Positions 1-9,560 of a stretch of DNA of 38,265 bases are shown in pieces. The position numbers and the translations under genes were made by a program. The notes under the pieces were generated by a model that did no database searches, was not told where the DNA came from, and was given only the letters and a program-made list of their open reading frames with translations. The stretch's first letter is position 1; every line of letters begins with the position of its first letter. Source of the DNA: a virus (lineage: Duplodnaviria; Heunggongvirae; Uroviricota; Caudoviricetes); IMG/VR virus record IMGVR_UViG_2917870735_000001, positions 1-38,265 of that record. The stretch is one strand, 5' to 3'.

Positions 1-690
1 TCAGGAAGTTGATAACAACTTTAATTCTGACTCAAGTTCTTCAACTCTTTCAGTCAGTTTCTGGATATGGTGAATCAGTGGAACAACCAGACGTTCGTAC
101 ATTACACCTTCGGCAACAAGGCCATTGCTGGAAATAGCTTCAGGAGCATCATTCTCGTTAGCTGGTCGCCAGTGTACAAACTGAGGGGCAATTTCTCCTA
201 CTTCCTCGGCAATCAACCCGTAGAATCCCCAGTCACGCCTGTCATTTTCGCATTGCGACCTGTACCATACAGGGCGCATCTTGAAAATGAGATCGGCGTG
301 CTCTGAATCTATCGTCTCTACTGAATGTTTATAGCGAATAGACGATGTTGACCGCAGTACAGACGAAATTGCAGGGTCAGGATTAAGATAAAGGTTTGCC
401 GCCGCTGTAGTCATGCCCAATCCCCATAAATAAAACGCTTCACGACCTGTCAGTGGATAAAAATCTCCGCCATAACGACCGCTTTCCAGATCGTTCACTT
501 CCACTTTGTTTTTCAGCTTATTATCAACTTCAGTTTTTGTGTATCTGGTGCTGATATCCTGCTTTGCACTGGTCATATCAGTCTGAAGCGTTGATACTTT
601 TACGTTAATTGAGGAAATATCTTCCTTTGCCTTACTGACATCTCCCTTTAGCGTTTTGATGTCATCAGGAATTACTGTCGATGTAGCCAT
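1..690 (-). CDS. tail fibre-like protein with C-terminal intramolecular chaperone (peptidase S74-like) domain
   Basis: 229-aa ORF; ATG at 690 preceded by GAGGAAG RBS; stop TGA at 3..1. N-terminal coiled-coil-like region; C-terminal segment (..LIFKMRPVWYRS..DWGFYGLIAEEVGEIAPQFV..) resembles the autocleaving chaperone domain of phage tail spikes/fibres (recalled pattern, not searched). Confidence 0.5.
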   Translation of the reverse strand: MATSTVIPDDIKTLKGDVSKAKEDISSINVKVSTLQTDMTSAKQDISTRYTKTEVDNKLKNKVEVNDLESGRYGGDFYPLTGREAFYLWGLGMTTAAANLYLNPDPAISSVLRSTSSIRYKHSVETIDSEHADLIFKMRPVWYRSQCENDRRDWGFYGLIAEEVGEIAPQFVHWRPANENDAPEAISSNGLVAEGVMYERLVVPLIHHIQKLTERVEELESELKLLSTS

Positions 691-699
691 TTTTCTTCC

Positions 700-981
700 T
701 CACATCCAGCTACGGAGTTGATGCTCAACAGCAACCGCGTGTTCATCGAATAATGACGATATTTGCGAATCATTAATGATGCGCACATTTACAAAATATC
801 CGTCTTCCTTAGCACATACCGGCTCGCCATCTTCAGTCAGTTCTCCGGTTTCTTTGTACACGTTACCTATCACGTCAATAAGAATATCATCCTGCATCAA
901 CTCGTCATCATAATAGCCAATGCTCTCCATAAAGGCCGAAAAGTCGGCCCTGTCTGCAAATTTGAGTGTTAAATCTTTCAT
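700..981 (-). CDS. hypothetical protein in tail-fibre cassette
   Basis: 93-aa ORF whose ATG (981..979) overlaps the TAA stop of the upstream fibre gene by one base (TAATG), suggesting translational coupling; acidic protein, no recognised motif. Confidence 0.4.
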   Translation of the reverse strand: MKDLTLKFADRADFSAFMESIGYYDDELMQDDILIDVIGNVYKETGELTEDGEPVCAKEDGYFVNVRIINDSQISSLFDEHAVAVEHQLRSWM

Positions 982-3044
982 TAGATTGACTCCCCCATCT
1001 GAGCATCAGTCAATGCCTTGTGCCATATTCTGAAATTCCTGATATGACCAAATAAATGACGTAATCCGGCTGTAGTCTGGCCTCCAATACGGATAACTGC
1101 GGTGCTCTGAATACAGGACCATGTGGTTTTTGTTTCGCTGGATATACGCCCGTTACTTACTGCGCATGTAGACTGATCAGACTTTACACGCATCCCCATA
1201 ACCATTTTTTCAAGTGATGCATTTTCGTTTATCCGTCTGTTAGACCCACCAATATCGCAATAAGGAAATCCGTCGTAATCTGCTGAAGAACCGAAGCCAA
1301 GAATAATAGCCGCTCCGGTTTGATGACCGCCGGTATCAAAAACACGCGGTGCTGCATTTGGCGTTTTATACCAGTTCTTATGTACCTCACAAAGAACCGT
1401 AAAAGGAAGATTATAAAGATTATTCTTAATTGGGACTGTAACTATATCGCTTGCCCGTGTTACCGGTGCAGCCCCCGTAACAATAAAAGATGATGCGCCT
1501 GTACCAGCCTCAATCTGGGGAGTGGTTACATCGAGACAATCCCCTGATGCCACCATCTGACCTGTATCCGGAGAATACTGGACGAAACCACCAACCGTAT
1601 TTTCTGTTGTATCTGCTTTTAATGTAGCCTCAAAAAATATCCAGCCAGTTGCATCATCCTTAACAGACCTTGCTGTAACACGGCTTGTCTGGCCTGTCTT
1701 GCCAATTATGCGGGTGGTAAGGTTCAGGCTTGCTGCTCCTATTGATGTCCTTACATCCCCATCATAATGTTCAAATAAAATACGAACGGCGATATTATCA
1801 ACTTCACTTTTTACCCGACAGGATATAGTTACATACTTTTCGTCACCTGAAGTATCAACCCCTCCGGTACTTGAATACAGCCCTATAATGGTATGCGCTT
1901 TACTTGTGCCAACAATCGAATCCTGTACGACAAACCGGCCATAATTAAAACCGAAACTATCTGTGCCTGTTTCTGTAACGTCCAGTGAAGTTGACTTATT
2001 CCACTTCGAAGGGTCTGTACTGTTCGGGAAGAAGTTCGTTCTTTGCCCCTCAATAAGCAGGCCATCACGTTCAAATCGTGGCTCGTCAATGGCAGCCTCT
2101 GTCAGCACACCAGATTTATTAATGTAAGTTGCTTTTGATGCGCGTTTAAACTTTACAATCTTGTCGCCAGGCATTGTTATTTCATCGTCGCCAATAACAA
2201 TCTTTTTATATGACGGCGAAAAGCCCGTAATCATATCCAGTGAATCATTAAACGGAATCCAGACATCAGGCAGCGGCGGAACTATATTCACATATGGTTT
2301 TACAGCCACTTCCGCTGCAGCTTCTGCGCGGTCTGCCGCCGCTTCAGAACGTGTCGCCGCCGCGACGGCTTCATCCTTTTTCTGCCCGGCCTTTGTTGCC
2401 TCTGCTGCGGCCTCCTGCGCTTTTGTGGTGGCAGTTTCAGCCGCTGTTGTCGCTGATAATGCTTCACGACGTGCTGCGTCAGCATTTTCTGCAGATTTCT
2501 CCTCTGACGCCCGGGCATTAGTCTCTGAAAGTGATGCTGCTGTTGCTGCTTTTTCTGATGCTGTTTTAGAAGATGCAGCAGCTTTCTCGCTGTTGGCTGA
2601 ATTCGTCTCTGACGTTTTCGCCGCGTTCTTCGATGAAGCCGCTGCAGTTTCGGATTTCTTTGCCGCCGCTGCGCTCTGAGAGGCGGCTTCGGCGTTGCGT
2701 GCCGCTTCTTCCACCATTTCCTCAAAACGACGCAATGCCTCCGGCATGACATCATCTTCCGTCATGGCACCGAGAAAATCATTCAGCGTACCTGGTCTGG
2801 AACCTTCATAGACGGTAATGGTCCCGGCATGTGAAGGCGGAAAACCTTCAACCAGCAGGATAACGCTGTACTGGCCATACTCAACATCCATGCTGTAACG
2901 CCCGGCTTCATCCGGATTTTCAGAGGCCACCGTGTTCACCAGTACCGTGGTGCTGTTACGCTTTGCCTTCAGTTGAATAGTGCAGTTCTGTATTGGTTTT
3001 CCCGCACCATCTTTCAGCACACCTGAGATTTTTACTGCTGCCAT
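981..3044 (-). CDS. stf: side tail fibre protein (lambda Stf-like N-terminus, Ala/Ser-rich central repeats)
   Basis: N-terminus MAAVKISGVLKDGAGKPIQNCTIQLKA.. matches remembered lambda Stf N-terminus; ATG at 3044 (a GTG lies 6 nt upstream at 3050); long low-complexity A/S/T/E-rich collagen-like middle; position downstream of lom as in lambda. Confidence 0.85.
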   Translation of the reverse strand: MAAVKISGVLKDGAGKPIQNCTIQLKAKRNSTTVLVNTVASENPDEAGRYSMDVEYGQYSVILLVEGFPPSHAGTITVYEGSRPGTLNDFLGAMTEDDVMPEALRRFEEMVEEAARNAEAASQSAAAAKKSETAAASSKNAAKTSETNSANSEKAAASSKTASEKAATAASLSETNARASEEKSAENADAARREALSATTAAETATTKAQEAAAEATKAGQKKDEAVAAATRSEAAADRAEAAAEVAVKPYVNIVPPLPDVWIPFNDSLDMITGFSPSYKKIVIGDDEITMPGDKIVKFKRASKATYINKSGVLTEAAIDEPRFERDGLLIEGQRTNFFPNSTDPSKWNKSTSLDVTETGTDSFGFNYGRFVVQDSIVGTSKAHTIIGLYSSTGGVDTSGDEKYVTISCRVKSEVDNIAVRILFEHYDGDVRTSIGAASLNLTTRIIGKTGQTSRVTARSVKDDATGWIFFEATLKADTTENTVGGFVQYSPDTGQMVASGDCLDVTTPQIEAGTGASSFIVTGAAPVTRASDIVTVPIKNNLYNLPFTVLCEVHKNWYKTPNAAPRVFDTGGHQTGAAIILGFGSSADYDGFPYCDIGGSNRRINENASLEKMVMGMRVKSDQSTCAVSNGRISSETKTTWSCIQSTAVIRIGGQTTAGLRHLFGHIRNFRIWHKALTDAQMGESI

Positions 3045-3055
3045 ATCCACTCCAC

Positions 3056-3082
3056 AAAAAGGCCCGCCTGAACCGGCGGGCT
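3056..3082 (-). terminator. rho-independent terminator downstream of lom
   Basis: GC stem (cccgcc / ggcggg, about 7 bp) with a run of A on the plus strand at 3056..3060, i.e. T-run after the stem on the minus strand; 27 nt after the lom stop. Confidence 0.55.
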
Positions 3083-3108
3083 GTCATAACACTGTGTTAC
3101 CTGGCTAA

Positions 3109-3708
3109 TCAGAATTTATAACCGACACCCACGATGAAACCGTCAGTGCGCCAGTCGTCACTGCCGGAACCTTCATATGCAAGGTCAATGGCCACGGATT
3201 CGGTCGGGTTAAACTGCACACCCGCCCCCCACGCCAGAGACGTGTTGCTGTGGCGGTTGTCATCGCTTCCGGTCAGCACATCATGCATTTTCCCCTTGTT
3301 GTCGGTCACCTGAAGATAATCCCCGGAAAAAGTCGAAACACGGCTGTAAGCCACACCCGCCATCGCATAAGCACTGAACCATTCATTCACGCGTACAGAC
3401 GGCCCCGCCATCACGCTGAACCAGCGGTTACGCACTGAATCTTCATGCCAGCGGGTATCGCTGTAACGGGTAATCTGGCGATTCTTGTCTCCTGCATAGC
3501 TGAATGACGTCACCAGCCCCAGCGTGTCCGTAAATTCATAACGGTATTTCACGTTAATGCCCTTCAGGTCATCGTTGCCGGGCATATCAGTATGGGACTG
3601 AAGATACCCGCCGCTTAGTGTGGACTGATGCTCTGCTGCACTCGCTGGCGTACCAGCGGCGACCAGCCAGACTACTGCAGACAGAATAACAGCACATAAT
3701 TTACGCAT
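3109..3708 (-). CDS. lom: Lom/Ail-family outer membrane beta-barrel protein
   Basis: 199 aa with signal peptide ([24 protein letters not shown]) and C-terminal ..[25 protein letters not shown] identical in pattern to remembered lambda Lom; located between J and stf as in lambda. Confidence 0.9.
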   Translation of the reverse strand: MRKLCAVILSAVVWLVAAGTPASAAEHQSTLSGGYLQSHTDMPGNDDLKGINVKYRYEFTDTLGLVTSFSYAGDKNRQITRYSDTRWHEDSVRNRWFSVMAGPSVRVNEWFSAYAMAGVAYSRVSTFSGDYLQVTDNKGKMHDVLTGSDDNRHSNTSLAWGAGVQFNPTESVAIDLAYEGSGSDDWRTDGFIVGVGYKF

Positions 3709-3730
3709 AATTACCTCTCGCTTTTCTGCA

Positions 3731-3756
3731 ATAAAAAAGGCGCCATTTCTGGCGCC
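3731..3756 (-). terminator. rho-independent terminator between J and lom
   Basis: Perfect stem ggcgcc / ggcgcc (3739..3744 and 3751..3756) with a 6-nt loop, preceded on the plus strand by AAAAAA (3733..3738), i.e. T-run following the stem on the minus strand. Confidence 0.6.
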
Positions 3757-3775
3757 CGTATTTGGGTTATAAAAT

Positions 3776-6700
3776 TCAACTGATACTGATACCGGCTGTT
3801 GATTTCTTCATCACGACAACAAGAAGGTCGCTGATACTGGTCGTTGGCGTCCAGTTATTAGCACCATATGAAGAAACATTGAAAGTCAGGGTGACATGAC
3901 CGTGTCCGGCAGGCATATCAATGACGGATGAAAATACCCTGCTGACATCCGTCGCGGGTTGCTGAAAGATTTCCTGTCCGTTCTTCAACACCTGCAGCTT
4001 ACAGGTTGAATACCAGTATGACTGTTGGTTGTTGCTGTTGAAGTTTTCATGCTTACCACCGCGAAACAGAACGGGTGGGATTACTATCTGACGGTCAAAA
4101 GCCTGGTCATCGTACACAGTGACCGTTATTGTACCGCTGGCATAACTGCCATTTCTCGGAAAGGCTTTTCCCACCGTTTTGACAATATCACCTTCAATCT
4201 GGTTGGCAGACAGTTTTCCCAGAATCCGACAGTTCTGGTTAATCGTGACATTGTTGAGCGTCCCGGAGTTCGCATTCACGTTACCGCTGATATCGGCATT
4301 TTTCGCCGTCAGCCGCCCGTCCGGTGTCAGGGAAAATACCGGAGGATTACCGCCGCTGGTAATGGTTGGAGCCGTCAGATACTTCAGGAACACCTCGTTC
4401 ATGAATATCTGGTTGCCCTGCGCCACAAACATCGGCGTTTCATTTCCGTTTGCCGGGTCAATAAACGCGATACGGTTAGCGGCAACCAGGAACTGGCTCA
4501 GTTTACCTTCCTCCGTATCCTCCATGCTGAGGCCAAGCCCCGTGACATAATGCCTGCCGTCTTCGGTCTGCTCAATTTTGACGCCCCACATGGCATTCCA
4601 TTTATCGTTGGCATCTTTCCACTCTTTCGAAAACTCCTCCAGTTTGCTGGCGTTATCCTCCGTCAGCTCGACTTTTTCCAGCAGCTCCTTGCCGAGATGG
4701 GATTCAGTTATCTGGCCTTTGAAAAAATCCAGGTAACCTTCCGCATCATCGCTCGCCTGACCGACAGCCTCCACGAATGCCGATTTGCCAACAGTATTCA
4801 CACTGCGGATATAAAAATAATAATCATGGCCCGGCTTAATATTGATACTGGCAGCTATCCAGTACAGCGCCGTGCCAAGATAGCGGGCTGTGGTTTCAAC
4901 CTGCCTGATATCCGCAATCCGCTTTTCCGAGAACCAGAATTCAAACTGTACCGTCGGGTCATAAACGGCAAGATGCGGCGTTGCGGTTATCTGAAAATAG
5001 CCCGGCGTCAGATCAATCCTCGACGGTGCTGCCGGTGCGGCAATCCGGAACGATACCGACGCCGGATCGCCCTGCTGCCCCCACGCATTTACCGCCCGGA
5101 CTGTCAGCCTGTAGTTCCCCAACGCCAGTTGTGTGAAGCGGTATGTGGTTTCCGTCGTCCTGGCAGTGCTGACCAGCCGCTCACTGCCGTCATCCGCTGT
5201 CACGGTCAGACGGAGCAGGAAGCTCACGCCCTTCACCACCTTTGGTGTGTCCCATCGCGCCAGCACCTGATATTCCCCGCTATCTGCAGTGACTTCTGCG
5301 GTCAGGTGCTGCACTGCTGGCGGTGTGACACCGTTCACCGTGCCGCTCTGGTCACCGTCAAAGTGCGCCCCGTTATCCACGATGGCTTCTTTTTCCGGTA
5401 CATGCTGCACGGCGGTGATGGCATACGTACCGTCATCGTTCTCCCGGATACTCACACAGCGGAACAGGCGCTGGCGCAGCGTCGGCAGCTTCAGCCCCCA
5501 CACGCTGTATTCGGCAACGCCGTCAGGAACACGGCTCACTTTCACCTTCACGCCGTCGGTGACGGACTGGACCTCCACGCTGACCGGATTACCCTGCCCG
5601 TCAACCAGGCTTATCAGCGTGGTGCCGGAGGATGGCAGCGTGATTTCACGGTCGAGCGTCAGTGTCCGCGTCTGGCTGTTCACCGCCAGCACGCGCCCGC
5701 CGGTGCTGATACCGGCATAGTCATCATCACAGATTTCAATGACATCGCCCGGCACATGGCGAAGCCCTTCTGCGCCCACGCTGAAGTCCACGGTCTGCGT
5801 TTCCAGCAGCTCCGTTTTAATCAGCCACAGCCCGGCGCGGTGCGCCTGCCCCCGGCTGGTACAGCCAAAGGCATCCATCTTCGTGACGTTACGACCGTAA
5901 CGGGCAATGGCCTGTGTGTCCTCCACAAGCTCTGTCGCCGTCTCCCAGCCGTTATTCGGGTCAATCCAGTTCACCTCAACGGCAGTATGGCGGTCCTTCA
6001 GGGCGCTGAAGCTGTAGCGGAACGGCGCGCCATCATCCGGCATCACCACATTACTGCGGTTATAGGTCCACACCTTATCCGACGGTCGGTCCTGCACGAA
6101 CGTCAGCGTCTGCCCGTTCCATACCGGCATACAGCGCATCGCCGAGCAGAAATCACTGAGAACATCCCACGCCTTACGCTGTGTGGTCAGATACGCATTA
6201 CAGGTGATACGCGGCTCCGTGCCGCCAAAACCGTCCGGCACCGACTGATCGCAATGCTGGCCGATGACATACAGCGCCCATTTGTCCACATCCGCCGCAC
6301 CAAGACGTTTCCCCATGCCGTAGCGCGGATGGGTCAGCATATCCCACAGACACCATGCCATGTTGTTGCTGTATGCTGGCTTAAACGTTCCGTCCCAGAT
6401 ACCGCTGTATTGCCGCGTCTGCGGGTTATAGTTCGACGGCACCTGCAGAATGCGCCCGCGAAGATGATAATTACGGCTCACCTGCTGGCTGCCGAACTGC
6501 TCCGAGTCCACCTGCACGCCGACCAGTGCCGTGTTCGGGTAGCACTGTTTCACATCGATGATTTCGGTGTATGACGACCAGAGCGTTTTGTTCTGCAGCT
6601 GGTCTGTGGTGCTGTCCGGCGTCATCCTGCGCATCCGGATGTTGAACGGGCGCGGCGGCAGGTTATCCACCACCACCGAGGCCAGATACTGTGAAGTTGT

Positions 6701-7174
6701 TTTGCCCTTAATGGTGATGTCTTTTTCCGTCACCCAGCCACCATTACGCTGTATCTGAACCAGCAGGCGGACTTCCGATGGATTCCTGTCCCCCTTTGAG
6801 GTGGTTTCCACCAGTGCCTGCACACCGAAGGTAAAGCGCAGACGGTCGATGTTTGCCGACGTGATGGTCCGGGTGATCGGCGTGTCATATTTCACTTCCG
6901 TACCCAGCACCGTCTCGGAGCCGGAGGATTCAAATCCCTCCGGCGGTGTCTGCTCCTGCTCACCTGCCCGGAACACCACCGTGACACCGGAGATGTTGGT
7001 ATTCCCCTCACTGTCCAGCACCGGTGTACTGTTCAGCAGCACGCTTTTTAATCCATCCACCGGACCTTCAACCGGCCCTTCGCTGATGGCATCAATCACA
7101 CTCAGTAACTGCGTGGATTTCAGGTTGTCCTTCGCTTCGCGCGGGGTATGCCCCTTACTGCTGCCTTTACCCAT
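3776..7174 (-). CDS. J: tail tip host-specificity protein J
   Basis: 1132 aa, the same length as lambda J; N-terminus [34 protein letters not shown].. and most of the body match remembered lambda J almost residue for residue; C-terminal about 150 aa (receptor-binding region) diverge. Confidence 0.95.
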   Translation of the reverse strand: MGKGSSKGHTPREAKDNLKSTQLLSVIDAISEGPVEGPVDGLKSVLLNSTPVLDSEGNTNISGVTVVFRAGEQEQTPPEGFESSGSETVLGTEVKYDTPITRTITSANIDRLRFTFGVQALVETTSKGDRNPSEVRLLVQIQRNGGWVTEKDITIKGKTTSQYLASVVVDNLPPRPFNIRMRRMTPDSTTDQLQNKTLWSSYTEIIDVKQCYPNTALVGVQVDSEQFGSQQVSRNYHLRGRILQVPSNYNPQTRQYSGIWDGTFKPAYSNNMAWCLWDMLTHPRYGMGKRLGAADVDKWALYVIGQHCDQSVPDGFGGTEPRITCNAYLTTQRKAWDVLSDFCSAMRCMPVWNGQTLTFVQDRPSDKVWTYNRSNVVMPDDGAPFRYSFSALKDRHTAVEVNWIDPNNGWETATELVEDTQAIARYGRNVTKMDAFGCTSRGQAHRAGLWLIKTELLETQTVDFSVGAEGLRHVPGDVIEICDDDYAGISTGGRVLAVNSQTRTLTLDREITLPSSGTTLISLVDGQGNPVSVEVQSVTDGVKVKVSRVPDGVAEYSVWGLKLPTLRQRLFRCVSIRENDDGTYAITAVQHVPEKEAIVDNGAHFDGDQSGTVNGVTPPAVQHLTAEVTADSGEYQVLARWDTPKVVKGVSFLLRLTVTADDGSERLVSTARTTETTYRFTQLALGNYRLTVRAVNAWGQQGDPASVSFRIAAPAAPSRIDLTPGYFQITATPHLAVYDPTVQFEFWFSEKRIADIRQVETTARYLGTALYWIAASINIKPGHDYYFYIRSVNTVGKSAFVEAVGQASDDAEGYLDFFKGQITESHLGKELLEKVELTEDNASKLEEFSKEWKDANDKWNAMWGVKIEQTEDGRHYVTGLGLSMEDTEEGKLSQFLVAANRIAFIDPANGNETPMFVAQGNQIFMNEVFLKYLTAPTITSGGNPPVFSLTPDGRLTAKNADISGNVNANSGTLNNVTINQNCRILGKLSANQIEGDIVKTVGKAFPRNGSYASGTITVTVYDDQAFDRQIVIPPVLFRGGKHENFNSNNQQSYWYSTCKLQVLKNGQEIFQQPATDVSRVFSSVIDMPAGHGHVTLTFNVSSYGANNWTPTTSISDLLVVVMKKSTAGISIS

Positions 7175-7234
7175 TCGTCATGCTCCATAAACGACAAAAC
7201 CGCCCGCAGGCGGTTTCACATAAAATATTTTGCA

Positions 7235-7882
7235 TCATCGACCAATCACCACAACCTGACCACCGTCCCCTTCATCTGCCGTGCTGATCTCCTGAGATAC
7301 CACACGTGACCCCACGCGCATTTCACCATACAGAACGGGCAGAACATTGCCCTGGGCAACCATGTTATCCAGTGAGGAGAAATAGGTGTTCTGCTTACCG
7401 TTATCCGTTGTCTGTGTGCGGGGAGTTCTGGCTTTCGGTGCCAGCATCTGCGCCACACCGCCCAGGATCATACTGGCCCCTGCCGCATACATACCCGATA
7501 CAGCCGCGGCACCCAGCCAGCCCACAGGGTTCCACCATGCCACCGCAATCAGCGCAGCCCCCAGCACTGCCTGAAAAACACCACCACTTTTGGCACCCGC
7601 CAGACGCGGTACTATGTGGATCACGGCACCATTTGCCAGCGGCTCATTAAGACGGGCAGATAATTCGTTTTCGCCTGCATCACGCCCGGCAATGCGCACC
7701 TGATACCAGCCGTCGCTCAGTTTCTGGCGAAACGACGGTAGCTGCGTGGCCAGCGCCAGGATGGCTTCGGCCCCCGTTTTCACACGAAGGTCGATGCGGC
7801 GGCCAAATCGTTGCAAATCCCCGTAAAGGCAGATGCGTGCCATGCCCGGTGACGCCAGAGGGAGTGTGTGCGTCGCTGCCAT
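7235..7882 (-). CDS. I: tail assembly protein I
   Basis: N-terminus MAATHTLPLASPGMARICLYGDLQRFGRRIDLRVKTGAEA.. and C-terminus ..VSQEISTADEGDGGQVVVIGR match remembered lambda I; overlaps K 3' end as in lambda. Confidence 0.9.
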   Translation of the reverse strand: MAATHTLPLASPGMARICLYGDLQRFGRRIDLRVKTGAEAILALATQLPSFRQKLSDGWYQVRIAGRDAGENELSARLNEPLANGAVIHIVPRLAGAKSGGVFQAVLGAALIAVAWWNPVGWLGAAAVSGMYAAGASMILGGVAQMLAPKARTPRTQTTDNGKQNTYFSSLDNMVAQGNVLPVLYGEMRVGSRVVSQEISTADEGDGGQVVVIGR

Positions 7883-8523
7883 TTGTCGGTATACCTCTCT
7901 CGTTTGCTCAGTTGTTCAGGAATATGGTGCAGCAGCTCGCCATCACCACAGTAAATGGCGGCATGATTCGGCACCGATGAACCAAAGCAGCACAGCAGCA
8001 CATCGCCCGGTTGTGCCGCTGACAACGGCACCTGATACAGCCCCGTCGCCTCCATATTGTCAAGATAGAGATTCTGACCGTGACGCCACCAGTCATCCCC
8101 GCGATTAAAATCCGGCATCTCAATTCCCGCCAGATGGTAAGCATCCCGGAACAGCGTGTAACAGTCCGTCACCCCGTGCTCAAAGCGCCGCCCGGTGAGA
8201 TGCGGCACACAGCGGAATTTATGGATCGCCCCCCGGCAGACCAGCCACCACGGCAAATCACTCTGCACCTGCAGCCGCCGGTCGGCCTCACTCAGCCAGG
8301 GCAGACCACCGGGGTGGCTGTGGACCAGCGCCACAATCTCACCCTGCATCTCTGCCTGCAGCCAGTCCTCCGGAGCCATCCGGAAATACTCCTCCGGCTC
8401 ACCGGAAATATTCACGCAGGGAAAATATCTTTCCCCCTCCGGCGTTCTCACCACGAAGCCGCACGACTCCGCTGGCGCACATCGCCGGGCGTGCGCCAGA
8501 ATCGCTGATTCTGTCTCTGTCAT
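7780..8523 (-). CDS. K: tail assembly protein K (JAB/MPN plus NlpC/P60-like domains)
   Basis: Sequence ..AILAHARRCAPAESCGFVV..EIVALVHSHPGG.. matches remembered lambda K; HSHP metalloprotease-like motif present. Confidence 0.9.
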   Translation of the reverse strand: MTETESAILAHARRCAPAESCGFVVRTPEGERYFPCVNISGEPEEYFRMAPEDWLQAEMQGEIVALVHSHPGGLPWLSEADRRLQVQSDLPWWLVCRGAIHKFRCVPHLTGRRFEHGVTDCYTLFRDAYHLAGIEMPDFNRGDDWWRHGQNLYLDNMEATGLYQVPLSAAQPGDVLLCCFGSSVPNHAAIYCGDGELLHHIPEQLSKRERYTDKWQRRTHSLWRHRAWHASAFTGICNDLAAASTFV

Positions 8524-8528
8524 GGGAT

Positions 8529-9227
8529 TTACTGCGAAAGTTTGTTAATGGAAAGGAAGCCGCCAAAGTTGCCGACGTTATTGCGAAACTTACAGCCACT
8601 CAGGCATTTGCTACATTTATCCTTCGTGATATCGGACGTCGGCTGGTCATATTCATCCGCGACAGCCGGACCATTATAACCGCACTCATCACCGCGATAG
8701 GTCCAGGTGCAGGTGTTGGCCAGCATGATGCGCCCCGGAAAAACGGCACCATCCGTTTCCGTCGGTGTGGACAACACAAAAGAGGCACTGACCGCGCTCA
8801 GTTCGCTGCACTGCTCGATGCGCCAGCGGCTGATCACCTCCTGCTCCGGATCGGCGTCACTGTTTCCGTTGACGAAGTTCACCGCATCCAGAAAACGGGC
8901 GTAAACCTTACGCCTGACCACCGTTCCGCCGACCAGACTTTGCAGGTCTTCCGCCATCCCGGTGACCATGCCGTGCAGGTTAGAGACTTTCAGTGTTGGT
9001 CTTGCACTGGCTCCTTTGCCGTTCATCTCAAAGCCGCTTCCCTGAATAGGGTACGCCTGATACTGTCGCCCCTGCCAGGTGACCGACTCACCTTTTTCGT
9101 TCTGCTCATTACAGAAAAAATAACGCTCTCCGCCGACCTCTGTCAGATCGACTTCCCAGAGCACGACCAGCGCGGATTGCTCCGATTTTGTACACTCATT
9201 CAGTGTTTCCTGCTGTATATCCTGCAT
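8529..9227 (-). CDS. L: minor tail protein L
   Basis: 232 aa; MQDIQQETLNECT.. and C-terminal ..CSKCLSGCKFRNNVGNFGGFLSINKLSQ match remembered lambda L; ATG overlaps the M stop (ATGA). Confidence 0.9.
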   Translation of the reverse strand: MQDIQQETLNECTKSEQSALVVLWEVDLTEVGGERYFFCNEQNEKGESVTWQGRQYQAYPIQGSGFEMNGKGASARPTLKVSNLHGMVTGMAEDLQSLVGGTVVRRKVYARFLDAVNFVNGNSDADPEQEVISRWRIEQCSELSAVSASFVLSTPTETDGAVFPGRIMLANTCTWTYRGDECGYNGPAVADEYDQPTSDITKDKCSKCLSGCKFRNNVGNFGGFLSINKLSQ

Positions 9228-9526
9228 CAGTGAGTGACCTCTTCAAAGGTACAGTTAAAATCGGTATACATGGCATTATCCGAAATACTCCACTCCCTGC
9301 AGACAACCCGGACGGTCCTGTTGTATTTTGGCGGACGCCACAAAAAAGCACGCATCCCGGCATGACGGGATAAAAAACTGTCCAGCGTAGCGCGGGAATA
9401 TTCATCTGTGACCCGAAATACCGGTTTAAACGTTTTCAGATCCGCATTCAGACCACCAGCCCGTCGCTGTTCATATCCGTCACCGAACTTTACCGTAATA
9501 ACAGATGGCTTTCGTGTCGTCTCCAT
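9227..9526 (-). CDS. M: minor tail protein M
   Basis: Internal ATG at 9526 gives METTRKPSVITVKFGDGYEQRR.., matching the remembered lambda M N-terminus; the longer ORF to 9613 would overlap the tape measure 3' end and lacks an RBS. Confidence 0.8.
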   Translation of the reverse strand: METTRKPSVITVKFGDGYEQRRAGGLNADLKTFKPVFRVTDEYSRATLDSFLSRHAGMRAFLWRPPKYNRTVRVVCREWSISDNAMYTDFNCTFEEVTH

Positions 9527-9560
9527 CCCCTCGCGGGGGAGCCAGTTAAAAACTTCAGAC

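Noticed and set aside
2161-2755. ORFs 2161..2679 (+), 2294..2521 (+) and 2300..2755 (-) inside the tail fibre gene
   Set aside because: They lie in the Ala/Ser-rich repetitive part of stf where all frames are open by composition; translations are low-complexity (poly-Ala or Arg/Gln-rich) and overlap the supported stf frame.
4025-6574. 849-aa plus-strand ORF and other long plus-strand ORFs (4179..4550, 5289..5720) inside J
   Set aside because: Antisense to J, which is confirmed by near-identity to lambda J; Arg/His/Pro-rich composition typical of spurious reverse-strand ORFs in GC-rich genes; no RBS.
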